The translations under genes and the position numbers were made by a program. Shown here in pieces: positions 50,537 through 64,000 of a DNA stretch of 64,000 nt. The notes below the pieces were generated by a model. That model was not told the DNA's origin. It searched no databases and was given only the letters and a program-made list of their open reading frames with translations. Source of the DNA: Syncephalis fuscata S228 (Eukaryota > Fungi > Zoopagomycota); contig JAHLTZ010000007.1 of assembly GCA_025786725.1 (NCBI GenBank), forward strand, positions 124,001 to 188,000. Direction: 5' to 3'. Position 1 is the first letter of the stretch; every line of letters begins with the position of its first letter.

Positions 50537-53500
50537 TTAAGGTCGTAGTCGTATAAGATGATGATATACTATTTGGTGTAGGTGAGGATTGGACATAGTA
50601 AAGATGGATTGTAGTGTAGTGCCTATAACGGGATCCATAGATGAACAGTGTGAAATACGCTTTTTTAATCGATCAAGTAAATCATACTGATCGGTGAGCG
50701 ATAAAGATAAATATTGATCTAGAAAATCGCCATAAAGTGCATTCTGTAAAGCAGATACTCGACTCGATGAATCAAGTGTTAATACATGGCCTAGTTAATA
50801 AAGTGCCGATTAGTCGATGTGTACTATTTAAATTAGTTTAGTTGTTCTTACCCAGAATAGGACGAGTTAAAGGATGTTGATCCATAGCCAGCTGTAATTG
50901 TTCAAGCATGGCGCCTAATAGCGATCGATAATCTATTCTACGCAGTATATAAAACGCACCCAACATGATGCCCCCATTAAAGCATTCAACTTTGGTGATG
51001 TAGACGCGTCAGTAGTGCTTATAGGCCAGTCTAATTTTGTCGTATAGGTATCCTCTAGTATAGGATGGAAGATAGAACCAGGTTGAATACGCCATATCAT
51101 ATCGGGTTGTTTAATGGAAAACACGGTATTTAAGCTTTCCTCAATGGTATTAGCTTCTAGTGCAATGATTATTAGTAACCATCATTACTATATGCATAAT
51201 GGTAGTAATAACAATAATGACTTACTATAGGCCAATCCAATAATATGGCCTGATTGATCAGTACCAATTAAGCATTGATTGCCCATAATACACTCAATAG
51301 GCATACGTGGGTGTCGATCACTATTTAATGTATAAGTATTTAATAGTTTAAATAGTTTAAATTACCTTTGCTTAAATACAATGCGTGATTGTGCTATATC
51401 AAATTTAAAAAGAGAAAATGAAATACGCTGACATCCTACAACAAAGTGATCATTATAGGCAGCTATTTTTGTAATAGGAAATCGCATATCTTCTTTACAA
51501 ACTTTAACAAGTCTACATCAATAATTAGCTGATATCAATCATAATAAATAATAGTTAAATGTAACCTACTTTCGTTGTTCCATATTTAATTGATAAACAT
51601 AAACTGTTTTACCAGAAGATACAAGTAGATGGCTAATTATCATTATCATTATTATTATTAATCAATGCTGTTTATTTAATAATATATATGTATATTATAT
51701 GTATATGTATCATTGTAATTACCTTTGCAAGAACGAACAGACTCGATAGACAGGGGATGGCAATTCGGCAATCCATACTGTTTTGAATTCATATATCTTA
51801 GATGACTAGTCAATAGTTGGTGTTGATTAGTTGATACGCATATTATGTTTCTAGTCTGTAGCCTACCTCGTTGGCATGAGATGCCCGTTTTAAACTGTAA
51901 ATCAATAAACGGCCTTGTTGCTCAGAAGATGACCCAGTAGCGGTGCCAACACAGATGTATCGATAAGTATGTGGCCCTTTAACAATAGACCATTCTATTA
52001 TTAAATAGTATTGATTAGCATAAGCTTTCATTTTAGCAATATGTATTTACCAATCATAGAGAATACAGTTTCATTGGCGTATAATATGTGCTCTATCAAG
52101 GTATTACCACTTTATAAGACATTAGTTAATATCACAGTAATAAAATAATATTTACCGAACTGGATCAATTAGTTTAATAGCCGGCAGATACGCTTTGGTA
52201 CTACGACAAGCTACAAGTAATTTACGTGTAACATGATCAAATAGAATACGTCTTGGACTCTTAATATAATGACGGTTATAATGAGCGACAATTAGATAAT
52301 TGCATTTTTACTGGTTACTGGCTACTTACATGGACTGCAGCTACACGTCGAACATTAGCCCGTCGATGGCGCCCTAGAGTAGCAATGGCTAGACGAGCAC
52401 GGGCTGTAAAAACTAATCCATTTCCTTGACTTGTATGACGAAAAGCCACCGCTTCCGTCATCTATATATATATATATAACCACTAAGTGGGTTGACATAT
52501 TAAATAGTAATGTGGCTTACTGTATCTGATCGAGCATAAAGAATACTATCAAGAGTCAGTTCACCATAAGAAGAAAGACTAATTCGCCAAGGTCGATCAG
52601 ATAATACAAATGCAGAGGTACGTGTATTGGATCCATGAATTGATGGCCATGCTCTTAATTTGACTGGTACATTGCCGATCATACGAGGTTTTGCTGGTGA
52701 CCAATTAAATGGTGTATCGTTTTCTATATCTTAGTTATAATGACTATTATTACAATATTAACATTATGTTTAAAATTACTTACTTAATTTTATATTCCAT
52801 GACATAATACTGCCATCTCGAAGACCTATGTATATATAAATAGAAATAGAAATAATTAGCTTAGTTCAATGAATAATAATAATGTTAATCTTATTACCTG
52901 CTAGTAGAGCACCTTTGTTATCAGCAGTTGAACTAACAAACAATAAACTTTCTGCCATATTTAATCCCTCTGAAGCAATATTTTCTAATTAAAACAGCAA
53001 TATAGTAACAATTAATACAAATACTTGTGTAATTCATTGAACGAACCCAAACCAAGTGATTCCATAATTGAAATATCAGAATTTGTTTTACAAATAATAT
53101 GAATGGTTGGTAAACGTGTAGCAACCATACCATATATACAGCCATTAATTCTAATTAATATTTTTGTTGTTATCATTGTTAATATAGAATAAACATTATA
53201 TTTAAATACTTACTTTTCTATACAAATGGCAGTTGGTTCGTGTGCTAATGAAAGAAAAGCCGAAGAAGTTACACTATATAATCATTATATACCATTACTA
53301 TACTATTATTATATTACTAATAATACTAACCTTGTTCCATTAATTGTAAGCCATACGCAGTGACTCGATTCTTGTTGACTAGTCAGCGCCAATAAAAGAT
53401 GCCCTTGTCCTTTTTTTTCTTCAATCCAGGCAGCCTTTGAAATGATACTGTTTTGCGATGGACGCCATTGATCCATGTCCACTGGATTCTCTACAATACA

Positions 53501-56128
53501 CCGTTACATAAACATATTTTTATCTCTTTGTTGGTACTTACGAATAGTGTCAAGCACTACTTCTCTACGATTGGTTATTCTTACTCCACGTGGATGTACT
53601 TGTAACCAGTAAGTGGCTGATGAAAAGCCGGCTGCCAGTAATGTGTGTGTATTTAGATAAAATCCACTCAGTTCACTAACATCTTCCATTTCGTTATTGC
53701 CATCTATCCAATTTAGTAATATTAACATATACACTTCAATTGTTTGATATCATAGTGGTAATTACTTACCACCCGTTAATGAAAATACCCGAGTATCAGC
53801 AACAAATGATAGCACTAAATGGCGATCACGTCCATTCGATCCTTCATTTTGCAGACTCCACATACCATTAATACTAATTAAACAATAGTCATAATACAAT
53901 AAGCGCTTGTTATCTATCATTCTATAGTATGAATTACCCGTCAAAGTCGGTATCGGACCATGTATGTACAGTCATAGAAAGACCATGTCGAAATTCACGC
54001 AGTGTACCATGGGCACCGGCACCACAACAGGCATAGACAGTCTTTTGTCGATCATTATACGCATCACATAGGTCAAAGTCAATTAATGGCGCCCAATTTT
54101 GTTGAGAATACCATTTCTGTGCTATCATACGATTGGAAATCTATGTTTTATATATATATTAATTTAAACCTAAATATACATACACTAAAATGTTATTGAC
54201 TTGCCATCGTTACTTGGCCATCGTTCATTTCACCGCTAACGAATAGCAAATCACCAGCACTATTAGAACGCAAACACAATAATGCCTCTCCAACCGATGA
54301 CATCCCACTACTAGGCACAGTTGATTTACTTAAGGCAATTGGATGCAGTTCCATACAGCCATTTGGCTGTAGTATAAGGCGGATAAGACCACCTTGATCG
54401 GAACCCAAATAGATACGTAGACCACGACTGATATCTTCATCGTTTACTAGCCTGCTGGTTGTACTTGTCATTCGTTGACTATCTGATACACTAACCGACA
54501 CTGATGTTACTAATACTGTAGCCGGTAAGCCTTGTCCTATAATTAATCGGCTTGTATAAATAGATACTGACTACTCACTGCTACTGGCTCGAGTGGAATT
54601 TTGATTTAAAGTAACTAGTGGCAATTCAGTTGTGTTTAAATGTCCATTGCCATTGTGAACATCTTCAGCACTTATACAACACACTTTTCGATCCTATAAC
54701 ATTAATAATATCAGTTAACTGTTGACTATTATGTAATAATTATCACCCACCGTTATAAACATTAATTGTTCTCGTAACGTGGGCAAAGCAAATAAGTGAG
54801 TAATAAGTGAGTTATCTAATCCATTTTTGTTAAATACTGTGTTATTAATTCATCAGTATTACCTTGCCCTAATGGAAGTCGTGCATATCTAGAAGGAGTA
54901 CATTGGTTTGTATCGGCCATTACTTGGTAAATAGTTAAATATGACATTGAATTACGATCACTATAACTAGGGTTATATATTAAATCTGCTATTCATAACT
55001 AATCCTACCTAATATGTGTAATAGCTAGTAGAATACGATTGAGATGAGTAGGAGAAGGCCATAGAAAGACTAAACCAGTAATTAGCCCAAAATCTTCACT
55101 AATATCTAATTGACGGGCTATTAAATCAATTGGTTCTAATGAGCGATCTACGCCAATAGAACGTGTAAATCCATGTGGACAGCGTGATTGTGTCACATAT
55201 TCACGGTTGGTGTCATTGCGTTGTGATCGAAGTAGAAATATTTTAACTTGATTTTGCCATGCTGCAATGGCTAAAGCACGCGATTGAGAATCAACACAAA
55301 GATGATGGCCGCTTGTGTCAAAGGGTAGTCCAGGTTGACCTAGATAGATGTCCTGTACAGAGAAAAATCGACTAGGTATACTCGATCGATTTTGCTGTTC
55401 GTCCGATGCCATAGAAGTGGTGGTGACGGAGCGGCGATAATCAGCTGTAGTAACTGGCCCATAAGCAAGTAGCGATAAAAGACCAGCATCGGAAGTAACA
55501 ACGAGTAGGTCGCGCGATTGTATACAACTGGATCGTGGTGATCGACGATATTCGTCTAATTGGTGTTCAAATAACGGCGATATCGTACCATCAACTGCCA
55601 TCCTATCAATCTGATTATGTGATGTAATATATTGTTCATCTGTAGTTGTGCTATTTAAAGAACATTGAGTACAGTTTGTTGAAAAGATCGATTTGTTTTC
55701 CGTGGTTTCCTCAGTAGAATTAACTGATAATGGTAGCTGACTACCGGCTGTCTCCCATTGCGATAGTACAGCCATACGTGCAATAGTACCATGGACTGAC
55801 TGACGATGGATACTGGCAAGTCGTGCTGTACTGCCCTGGCTGGCGTCTAAGCTTAGTAATTCCAAGCTTGTTTCCTACACATTAGTCGCGTCAGTACAAC
55901 TCATCGGCTTTAGGTGCACGTGCCAACACCCGATTGACCTACCCGCCCTAGAACAATGCTTGGTGCTGACGACTGCTGCTCAGGCAGTAAGCGAAGTTGA
56001 ACTGCATGACGTATAACGGGACTCGATACCCCCGTTGCTACGTGTAGATAGCTAGTGGTGAGCGTAGTCGCTTGCCCTGTGTCATCCGAGGTTGCGGCCA
56101 TTGCAGACGATGCAGGTATATTGGTCAT
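50537..56128 (-). CDS. Mms1/DDB1/Rse1-family triple beta-propeller protein (MMS1_N + CPSF-A-like domains)
   Basis: DLLVVTSDAG, LCVDSQSRALAIAAWQ, NWAPLIDF...YACCGAGAHGTLREFRHGL, LVLSFVADTRV, LQVHPRGVR, PRRILFD, VGTA...GRLLIY, C-terminal LYGDFLDQYL; many short introns. Confidence 0.85.
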
Positions 56129-56649
56129 AAAAGTTTAATAACCTGCAAGACACCGTAAATAGCGTTGTTTAGTAGTGTAATAAAATAATAATAATAATAA
56201 TAAAATTTACTAATAATAATAGCAACTGATGTCACTATTTAATAAAAATTGACTCGATATAAATTGCGCGTTTGATTCGATACAGTTTCTTTTTTGTTCA
56301 CAGTGTCATCTGGCAACATTAAATACGCGAAATTTAATTGTATAATATTACATTAGTGTTGAAAAAGCATCAGTAAGTTTTCGTATGAAAACGAGATTAA
56401 TTAATTAAAAGCAACTTGCATTCTATTTGCATCAGATCTGTTGAATACTATGTACAATGTTTTCTGCTTTTTCTTACTCTATTTCAGTTTAATATTACCA
56501 TTATAGCCACATCAGCATTAGCTGATTCTTTGTTAAAATCAGTTCAGTTTGGTATAATCACAACAACTTGATTTTGTTTACTGAATCTATTATAAAGCTA
56601 AATTGGATAATTTTTTATTGTTTTTTCAATTAATATGTGCTTATATTAT

Positions 56650-58410
56650 GTTTATAACTAATTATATGTTATTTGCTATGTATATATATATAAACATAGA
56701 ATAACTGATACACGCAAGACATTAACATTAGTAGCGTAATTAGACTGCAGCCTAATTTATTTTAAATACATATTTGAAAAGCAAAAACCACTGACACCTA
56801 TGCCATTTAGACCATCCAAATATTAAATTTTAGCCAACTCTCTGGTTTATTCATCTATGTAGACTTGTTTGAGTAAACACAAGTTTGTTTTAATTGTATT
56901 TAGCAATCTGTTACATTTTGTTCAGTGTTTATTTACATTCAATGATCAGCAGTGATTAATAACTAAGTAAATTAACAGCAAATTTATACAAATATACTTT
57001 GTTTCAAATATATATACACGGCTGTTCCAATATTGATATTAAAATAGCAATATTTTACTTGAATAGTGTAACAATATCCACTAACAATGTAATCAGCTGT
57101 ACTAATTTGAAAAATGCCGTACAGCCAAAGAGCTATAATATTGGTAGAAGTATAGTAATACTTCATTATTCGCTTTGAATCTATGTATATTGTTATAAAA
57201 CAGGAGTTATAGTATTGAATATTGCACAATTATTACGTCTACAATGCTGAGAATAGTGCTGCTTAGTTAAAACTATTATCAAACTATGTGTTAAACGAAT
57301 TGAGTGCGTACACTAATTAATAATCATGCTAGTGACAATTAATGATACCATGAAAGAGGAAACTGATTGAAGATAAAGCAATATAATTAAGAACAACAAT
57401 GAATGCATTGGAATAAGCAAATGATGTAAAATAGCTGACACTTTGAATCAAATAGTGTAATTAAATCTTTTTATTATGATCTAATATGAGCATCACTGAC
57501 TAAATGGTCCAATGTGGATTGCACACTTGAATATAAGTTTTTATTCTTTTTATATATAGTAAATATGCAATTTTAAGCCATATTTTAGAAAAGCGATTTT
57601 AACGTACTTAGGTGTTAAAATGCAATGGCATATAATTAGAAATATTAGTCATTTAACTAATAGGGCGTTACTAATACTATGTATAACTTTACGTATAATA
57701 AAGTAAATTGTCTGATACTTCGCATAAGTGTGTGTATAACATACAGGTAGCCATTGGCAAAGTATACCGCAATTGTACTGGGTAATAGTGTAATAATTGT
57801 GCTAATGCGCTTATAAATGTGTAAAAATAGCAGTTTTGTACTGTTTGTAACCTATATAAGTAAACTACAGCAAAATAATTAACAGATTCAAGTTTCCATG
57901 CTAAACTGTACATTTGGTATGAAATATGAAATAATGATTTTGCAACAAAATGTTAATCAAAATGCTATTTACGTGTTATTAACAAAAGTAACTAAACTTC
58001 ATAATTTCAAGAATTTAATACTAATAGTTAAATTTGACTTGAAGTAGATTTAAAGCGTTTTACAGTACTAAAACATGCATAATAAGTTAGTATGTTAAAT
58101 ACGACGCATAGTGGTGGATGTGTCATACATTTACATATAACAGATTTTCATAAACTGCATTTTGGTTACTTTCTTTTGCAAAAATTAGTATTCTAAATCT
58201 TGTACCAAGCATTACAGCTTAGCATGGAGAACTTGAATCTGTTAATTATTTTGCTGTAGTTTACTTATATAGGTTACAAACAGTACAAAACTGCTATTTT
58301 TACACATTTATTAGCGCATTAGCACAATTATTACACTATTAACCAGTACAATTGCGGTATACTTTGCCAATGGCTACCTGTATGTTATGTGCGCACTTGT
58401 GCATAATGTC
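56650..58410. repeat. Partner of the duplication 20130-21900 (orphan terminal exon and 3' flank of micro-exon gene A)
   Basis: Near-identical sequence; no AG|NNN|GT array was seen upstream. Confidence 0.93.
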
Positions 58411-58538
58411 AGACAATTTACTTTATTCTACGTAAAGTTATACGTATATTAGTAACGCCCTATTAGTTAAATGACTAATATTTCTAATTTATATGCCATT
58501 GCATTTTACACCTAAGTACGTTAAAATCGCTTTTCTAA
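57585..58538. repeat. Foldback / long inverted repeat, ~360-bp arms, ~230-bp spacer (MITE/foldback-like)
   Basis: ttagaaaagcgattttaacgtacttagg... versus ...cctaagtacgttaaaatcgcttttctaa. Confidence 0.9.
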
Positions 58539-59252
58539 TACTGTTGCATATTTTTATAGCATTGGGCCAATAGTTTCAAATTTAAGTTTGTAGACTAGCG
58601 TTTTATCAATATTCAAGTTATTATAAATCTATTTTTTATTGTATCCAATTATTTTTTAATTATATGCTATAATCTCTATAAACAATATATTTTATTACAT
58701 TATCAATATACTAGTACAGTTCTTGTGAAGCCTAGATAAAAATATCACATGTGCTTCTTTATATATGTGTAAATCCTACATCGGTTGATTGATCCATATT
58801 CAAATCCTTGTTATATCCCACTGTTCAAATATACGCTTGATTGTCATTGATTTAATTATGATAGCCATACAGACAGCCTTAGTGACCAATTTTAGTTTTG
58901 CTCTTATTGTGGCTTCAACTGCGATGCCGTTTGTGCGACAGCTTGTACACTAAGCAGCATCAAATATTACATATAAATCAAGAGGCTTTGTATTCAGCTA
59001 ATTATGCTTGTACTAATTTCCCACCTAGCCTCTTACTGCTTGACAGTGTATCTGGCTTGCTATCAACATTGATTAGTATACTAACATGTTTGATGAACGA
59101 TTAATATGATACAAATACTGTGGTGTATTTATTTATTTGCTTCTGCCATCATCCAGCCATTTAGCGTCGATTATTTCACTATAAAACACACTTGATGCAA
59201 ATGTTAATGTTTATTACTAAAAGTAATTGTCTATCATACTGGTGTTTTATAG

Positions 59253-60781
59253 TTAATTTTGTTGATCAGATACATGCAAAAGGTTGGCATTTGTATTTCT
59301 ATCAAATTGTCTCAAGTATTGGTCCGGCGTTAATCGCTCTTCGGGATTGAGTGTTAGCAGCCTATTTAGCATGTCTAATACGGGAGTATATTCATTTGGA
59401 TGTGCTATATATATATCAGGAAGCATGCTATATATTCCTAGTTGGAAGAGCCCATTAAGCAAAAACTGTGAGTATCCTCGCAAAGGCTCATTTTCAAAAA
59501 CACAGTTTTGCGCAGCAATGAATAAGTCTAGCATTTCTGTCGTTAAATAAATTTGCTTGATTGGCGACAACGATATATCAATGCTGTTCTTTGGAAATCC
59601 GCTGTTCGTATTTAATAGAATAGCTCGACCGTTATTTTTTGTTATTAATCCAGATTGATAGCTATTTTCAATAAGTTTCTTGAAGTATGGCATAAATCTT
59701 TTGAACTGCTGTTGTGTGTCGTGGAGTTCTGGCTTGACGTCTGGCATTTTGGAAAAAGTTTCTTCTAAAATTTGCTTAGTGGGTTTTTTTGGCATCTTAA
59801 AGTAGAATTCATATTGGAAAGCATAAAAAAGTTCGCCGATTCTCCATAGATCAGCCTTACGTGGATCGATTTTAGTATTTTTGATCCATTCAGGAAGATA
59901 TAATAGTTTCATTTGAGGTGCAGCTATCAGTACTACAATATTGTTTTTAAATTTGATGCGTCTTAGCTGTTCAATTTTCATTACATTGATAACAGGATAT
60001 TTACTGAGATTTGATCTAACAACAATGCCTATAATTTATAGTTAGCAATGGCTTAAATGTTAATGCGACATTTTCTTACTGAACTCATTTAAACTAATGT
60101 TGGTCCATCCAACTTTGTGGATATAATTAATACCTAATCATATTTCATTATGAGCTACTGTGCATACTCAAACATATCGGCTAGGCCTACCTTGTATCAA
60201 TTTAGTGAAAAATGATAAAATCGATTTAGCTTCAGCCAAACATGGTATGTAATTTAAATAAAAATCATTCAAATTTTCATCAACTGAGCGAGGCATAACA
60301 AAACAGCGCTTGCCTGAAAAGTGAACGAGCGTTGCGGGTGTAAAACATACTGGCGTCCAGGATCATTTTGTAATAGCACTCGTTTGCGGCTAAGGTCCTA
60401 GATTTATAATTGCTTAGCTAGTTGTAATATTGGCAATATTTAATAAATACCTGAAGAAATCGAAATTTATCATTGAGATTGTTTCGTATGCGGCACATGA
60501 CATTCACATCCATGCCTTGTAGTTGTTGCTCCCATGATGTCTCTTCACCTTGTTCAAATCCAGCGGGTATATCAATACCATCGTATACTTGCGGTGGATC
60601 AGGTTCAAATACATCTATATATCAATGCTATTAGTATGGATGCATAAACTATCTGGTATAATAATCTACCTTCGGGTAAATTGGCTTTACGCGGTGTAGC
60701 AAATATAGGCTGAACAATAAATATCAGTGCCAAGACGCTGCTTATCATTGTAACTTGGTTCCATTTCAAAATTGGCATCAT
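59253..60781 (-). CDS. Secreted protein-kinase-fold protein, probably a pseudokinase effector
   Basis: Signal-like N-terminus MMPILKWNQVTMISSVLALIFIVQPIFA. GINYIHKVGWTNIS sits where G..YLH..G..HRD is expected; ADLWRIG (subdomain IX); LLTLNPEERLTPDQYL (subdomain XI); about four introns. Confidence 0.72.
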
Positions 60782-63138
60782 GTTTATAATTAGTTACTTT
60801 AAAAATACGTGTAGAAAAGTAAGTGCAAAATGTAATGTACTTATCGTGGAAAATATTGAACAAAAATGCTCAACAGACGGCATATTTATATGTCTTTTTT
60901 GCTTTTATTCTTCAATGCTTTATATTGCCATTTAAAAACAGGCCATGCCACCCTTGCCTGTTAAGGTATATTTAAATATCCGCAATATATATATTGCTCC
61001 TTGATAACACCTTCCATTTGAGCAAAAAGCGACTGAGTGCCAAATATTCTGAAATAAAGTGTGTATATAATTATTTCTTATTTTTGCATTCTTATTATTT
61101 TGCTTATTTATATTTTTGTTTTAAATAAGCCATGTTGCTATTGCCAATTAATTTACTATGTCTAAAAAACGTGATACATATATATATTAGTATTAGTATT
61201 ATCATTAAGGGATCAAATACATTATATATGAGTATTATTATAAAAGCATAACCTCGTGATTATGTAGAAATATTAGCACTGTTATGCTTTAGTATAATCG
61301 TGGGTGATAAATCAATTTAATGTAAATTGCATGTTCAACTCTAAATTCTTTTAAATTTATTTATTTGTTGATAACTAAGATGCAACTGTAAACTATGACA
61401 TCAAAAGCCTTTTGTTTAAATCCGTATAATAACTTTAATATAAATAAAATACTGTGGCTATACATTATGATTTCTACAAACAATGGATATAGTGTCACAT
61501 GATTGCTTTTTACCCACTTTCTTCCTATCAGGCAATACTAGATCCACATGGCTTCGCCTATGCTTTTTGCGAGTACACTTGCGCACATGAATTAAGGTGG
61601 CAGAGCTATGTACATGATGCACAAGGGACTCTGCGTTTATTCATTCATTAGTTCGACCTCAATGGTTTTTAACAAAGTATGTGAATCTTATTTGTTTTAC
61701 CGATAATAGTTATTTCCTCTCGTTTTTACTAATTTGTTTCACTTCACTCTTAGTTGTTATTGTCGTTAGCGTGATATCCAAGCTGATCGATTGCCAAGTA
61801 TTTCCTCTATTTGCTTTTACGCTTGTTTGCTCACTATAGCATCACTATTCAGCACGGTTGGCATATCAACATTACCACCATCACTATCGATCACTTTGTG
61901 GTCTGCGCGCGAAGGTATGTGCACAGCCCTTAACTGTGACGACGTTCTTGTATTGTTTTCCCTCTCTCTGTTTCTCTCTTCTAGTATCTTTCCATTTTAC
62001 TCGTGTTCTCTTTCTTGTTGAATGTTTGGTTTGTATGTATTATTAGTCATTAAATTGGCATTCGCAAACTCATTTGTAATACCAAGTACATCGTTTAATT
62101 GCACGCGCTTTTGAAAGACGCACTGTCAGTGGGTAGGTGCCGCGTGGTGTTAACGGCTTCTTTACATGCATGGAAAACAATTGGTGATAGGCCTTGACAT
62201 ATGCAGTAGCAATGCATGTCTGCCACCTAATGAGCTCATAATAATTGCTATGATTGTTAGTGTTACTATTGTCGTCGTCGTCTACTAATATAAGGAAGGG
62301 GGAGGGAAGACTGGGCGGATGGTTTTTCCATGACGTCAAACTATTGCGGAGATGGTCATCGTTTTTATTTTCACGTTAATCTACGGATACAAACGGGACG
62401 GTGTAGCTATTTCTGTGCCAGTATGGCCAACGCCATTTCGGTCTTCGGGCATATGAGTATCCGAAACAAAAATGGCTCTAGATGACAAAGCTTTGTCGCC
62501 ACTCCTGCTTATTTTAGACAGAGAATCGATGTGACGGTTTCCTTTATGGATATTCAGAAAAAGAAAATTACTTCCATGGTGTGCTTAGGGAAAATCCATA
62601 CCGCGTGTGCACGCGCAATGAATGATGGATATGAGGCGACAGAAATGTGCCCGTCTTGATTTAAAAGGACGACTGCATCGGCATTCGAGATGCAAGCATC
62701 AATCCGCTATTATCTATTGCTATTTTTCCATCGTGTTTACTATTTAGTCTGTTGTGTGTCCAAAACGAAAAACTGATACAAGATTTATTGGCCAAGAATA
62801 CCCGTTAAACGTGCGGCAAACGGCTATTCATCGTTTTCTTCGTCTTCTTCTGATAAGAAGGCATTTGCTCGTCAATGTAACTTACTAAGGCCTTATTCGA
62901 ATCGACTCTTAGCGTGACCTCATATTCATACATAGTCTATACATCCATTGGTATTGGCATTGTCTATTTTTACTTGCTCATAGCATATTCGTATTTGCCA
63001 TTAGTTTTATAGATAGGCAGCTCGCGCGTGTGTGTTTGCGTGTTTCAATTCTACAACGTTAACCAAATTCACCATTATCTGACTCGTCTGTAATTATTGA
63101 TTTGCTTTCTTCTTCTTTATTGCTCAATAGCTATCAAA

Positions 63139-64000
63139 ATGCAAGCAGCATCGTCAACCCATTTTACTGCAGCGATGACATCCGTCAATCTAAATAGCAG
63201 CGGCGGTACTAATGCCCCTATTCGCCGTCGTTCCCTAGGCGTACCCCGTAGCTCTAACCAGCCTATGAATACCATTACAACACTATATAAGGAACAGATA
63301 GCTACTACGCCAAATCCCTCATTTATTCAAACGCGTATTAATCGTATTACTCAACAAAATCGATGGCAATTTGGTAAGTGGTGTAAAATCAAGTTAAATA
63401 ACTCAGTTTAATAACGTGAACTATTTTATTAGATGTACCAATAGCCATTATTCTTGGTTTGTTAATACTTGATTTCATGGGTGTTGAACAAGCACGTATT
63501 TTCACTCGATTACAACATCGACAACCAGCGCATCATGGTGCAGTAAAAGACACACCAATAGATCCATTGGATGGATTCTCTCCTATCACAAACCTACCCG
63601 GTCCTTATTACCGTATGGGCTTTCTTGACGTGTACTTTGTAGCCTATATGACCCTTACACTGACCCTTTTCCGATCCTGTGTTATGCGCTACATACTGGA
63701 GCCCATTGGAAAATATTACGGTATTCGCAACATATCAAAGCTTGAACGATTTAAGGAACAAGGCTATCTGTGTGTCTATTATGCACTTTCATGGTCATCA
63801 GGCATGGTAAGTAGTTAATCAAATATATTTTATTTATATTTATATAATATTATTTAGTATATTATGTATAATTCACTCTATTGGTTCGATACAAAGCATT
63901 TCTGGATCAATTATCCTCATCGTGATTACACTTGGCACTCTAAAACCTACTATCTTACATCGTTGGCCTACACTCTCCATCTGATTTACGTTCTTCACGT
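63139..64000 (+). CDS. Ceramide synthase Lag1/Lac1 (TLC domain), 5' part
   Basis: YYRMGFLDVYFVAY...YILEPIG...KLERFKEQGY, then FWINYPH...KTYYL..LAY; introns 63374-63432 and 63807-63858. Confidence 0.9.

Overview
AT-rich eukaryotic DNA with compact genes and mostly ~50-90 nt GT-AG introns. It looks like an early-diverging fungus, and gene content and intron style suggest a Zoopagomycota mycoparasite such as Syncephalis (inference). Housekeeping genes: an SRSF7-like SR protein, PTC7 phosphatase, FLC/TRP-like channel, inositol polyphosphate multikinase, Rom2/Rgf1 RhoGEF, dynactin p22, PAT1, PKR1, eIF3j, an Mms1/DDB1-like propeller and a Lag1/Lac1 ceramide synthase. These are interleaved with an accessory compartment (mainly ~1.8-4.7, 7-12, 15.5-32.5 and 56-61 kb) holding a gag-only LTR element, a MULE remnant, foldback repeats, a Crinkler-type NTPase-REase gene, a secreted pseudokinase and duplicated secreted-protein genes. 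The main discovery is invisible to the ORF track: two paralogous secreted-peptide genes (19229-20181 and 30806-32074) whose C-terminal peptide is encoded by tandem arrays of 3-nt exons (AG|NNN|GT) spaced ~82 nt apart. Spliced by hand, they give signal peptide + ...RRGEKR-CPYIDC* and signal peptide + ...GVKVASYFNFSRL*. Scattered single-base deletions, including one in PAT1, suggest assembly indel errors, so frameshifts are interpreted cautiously.
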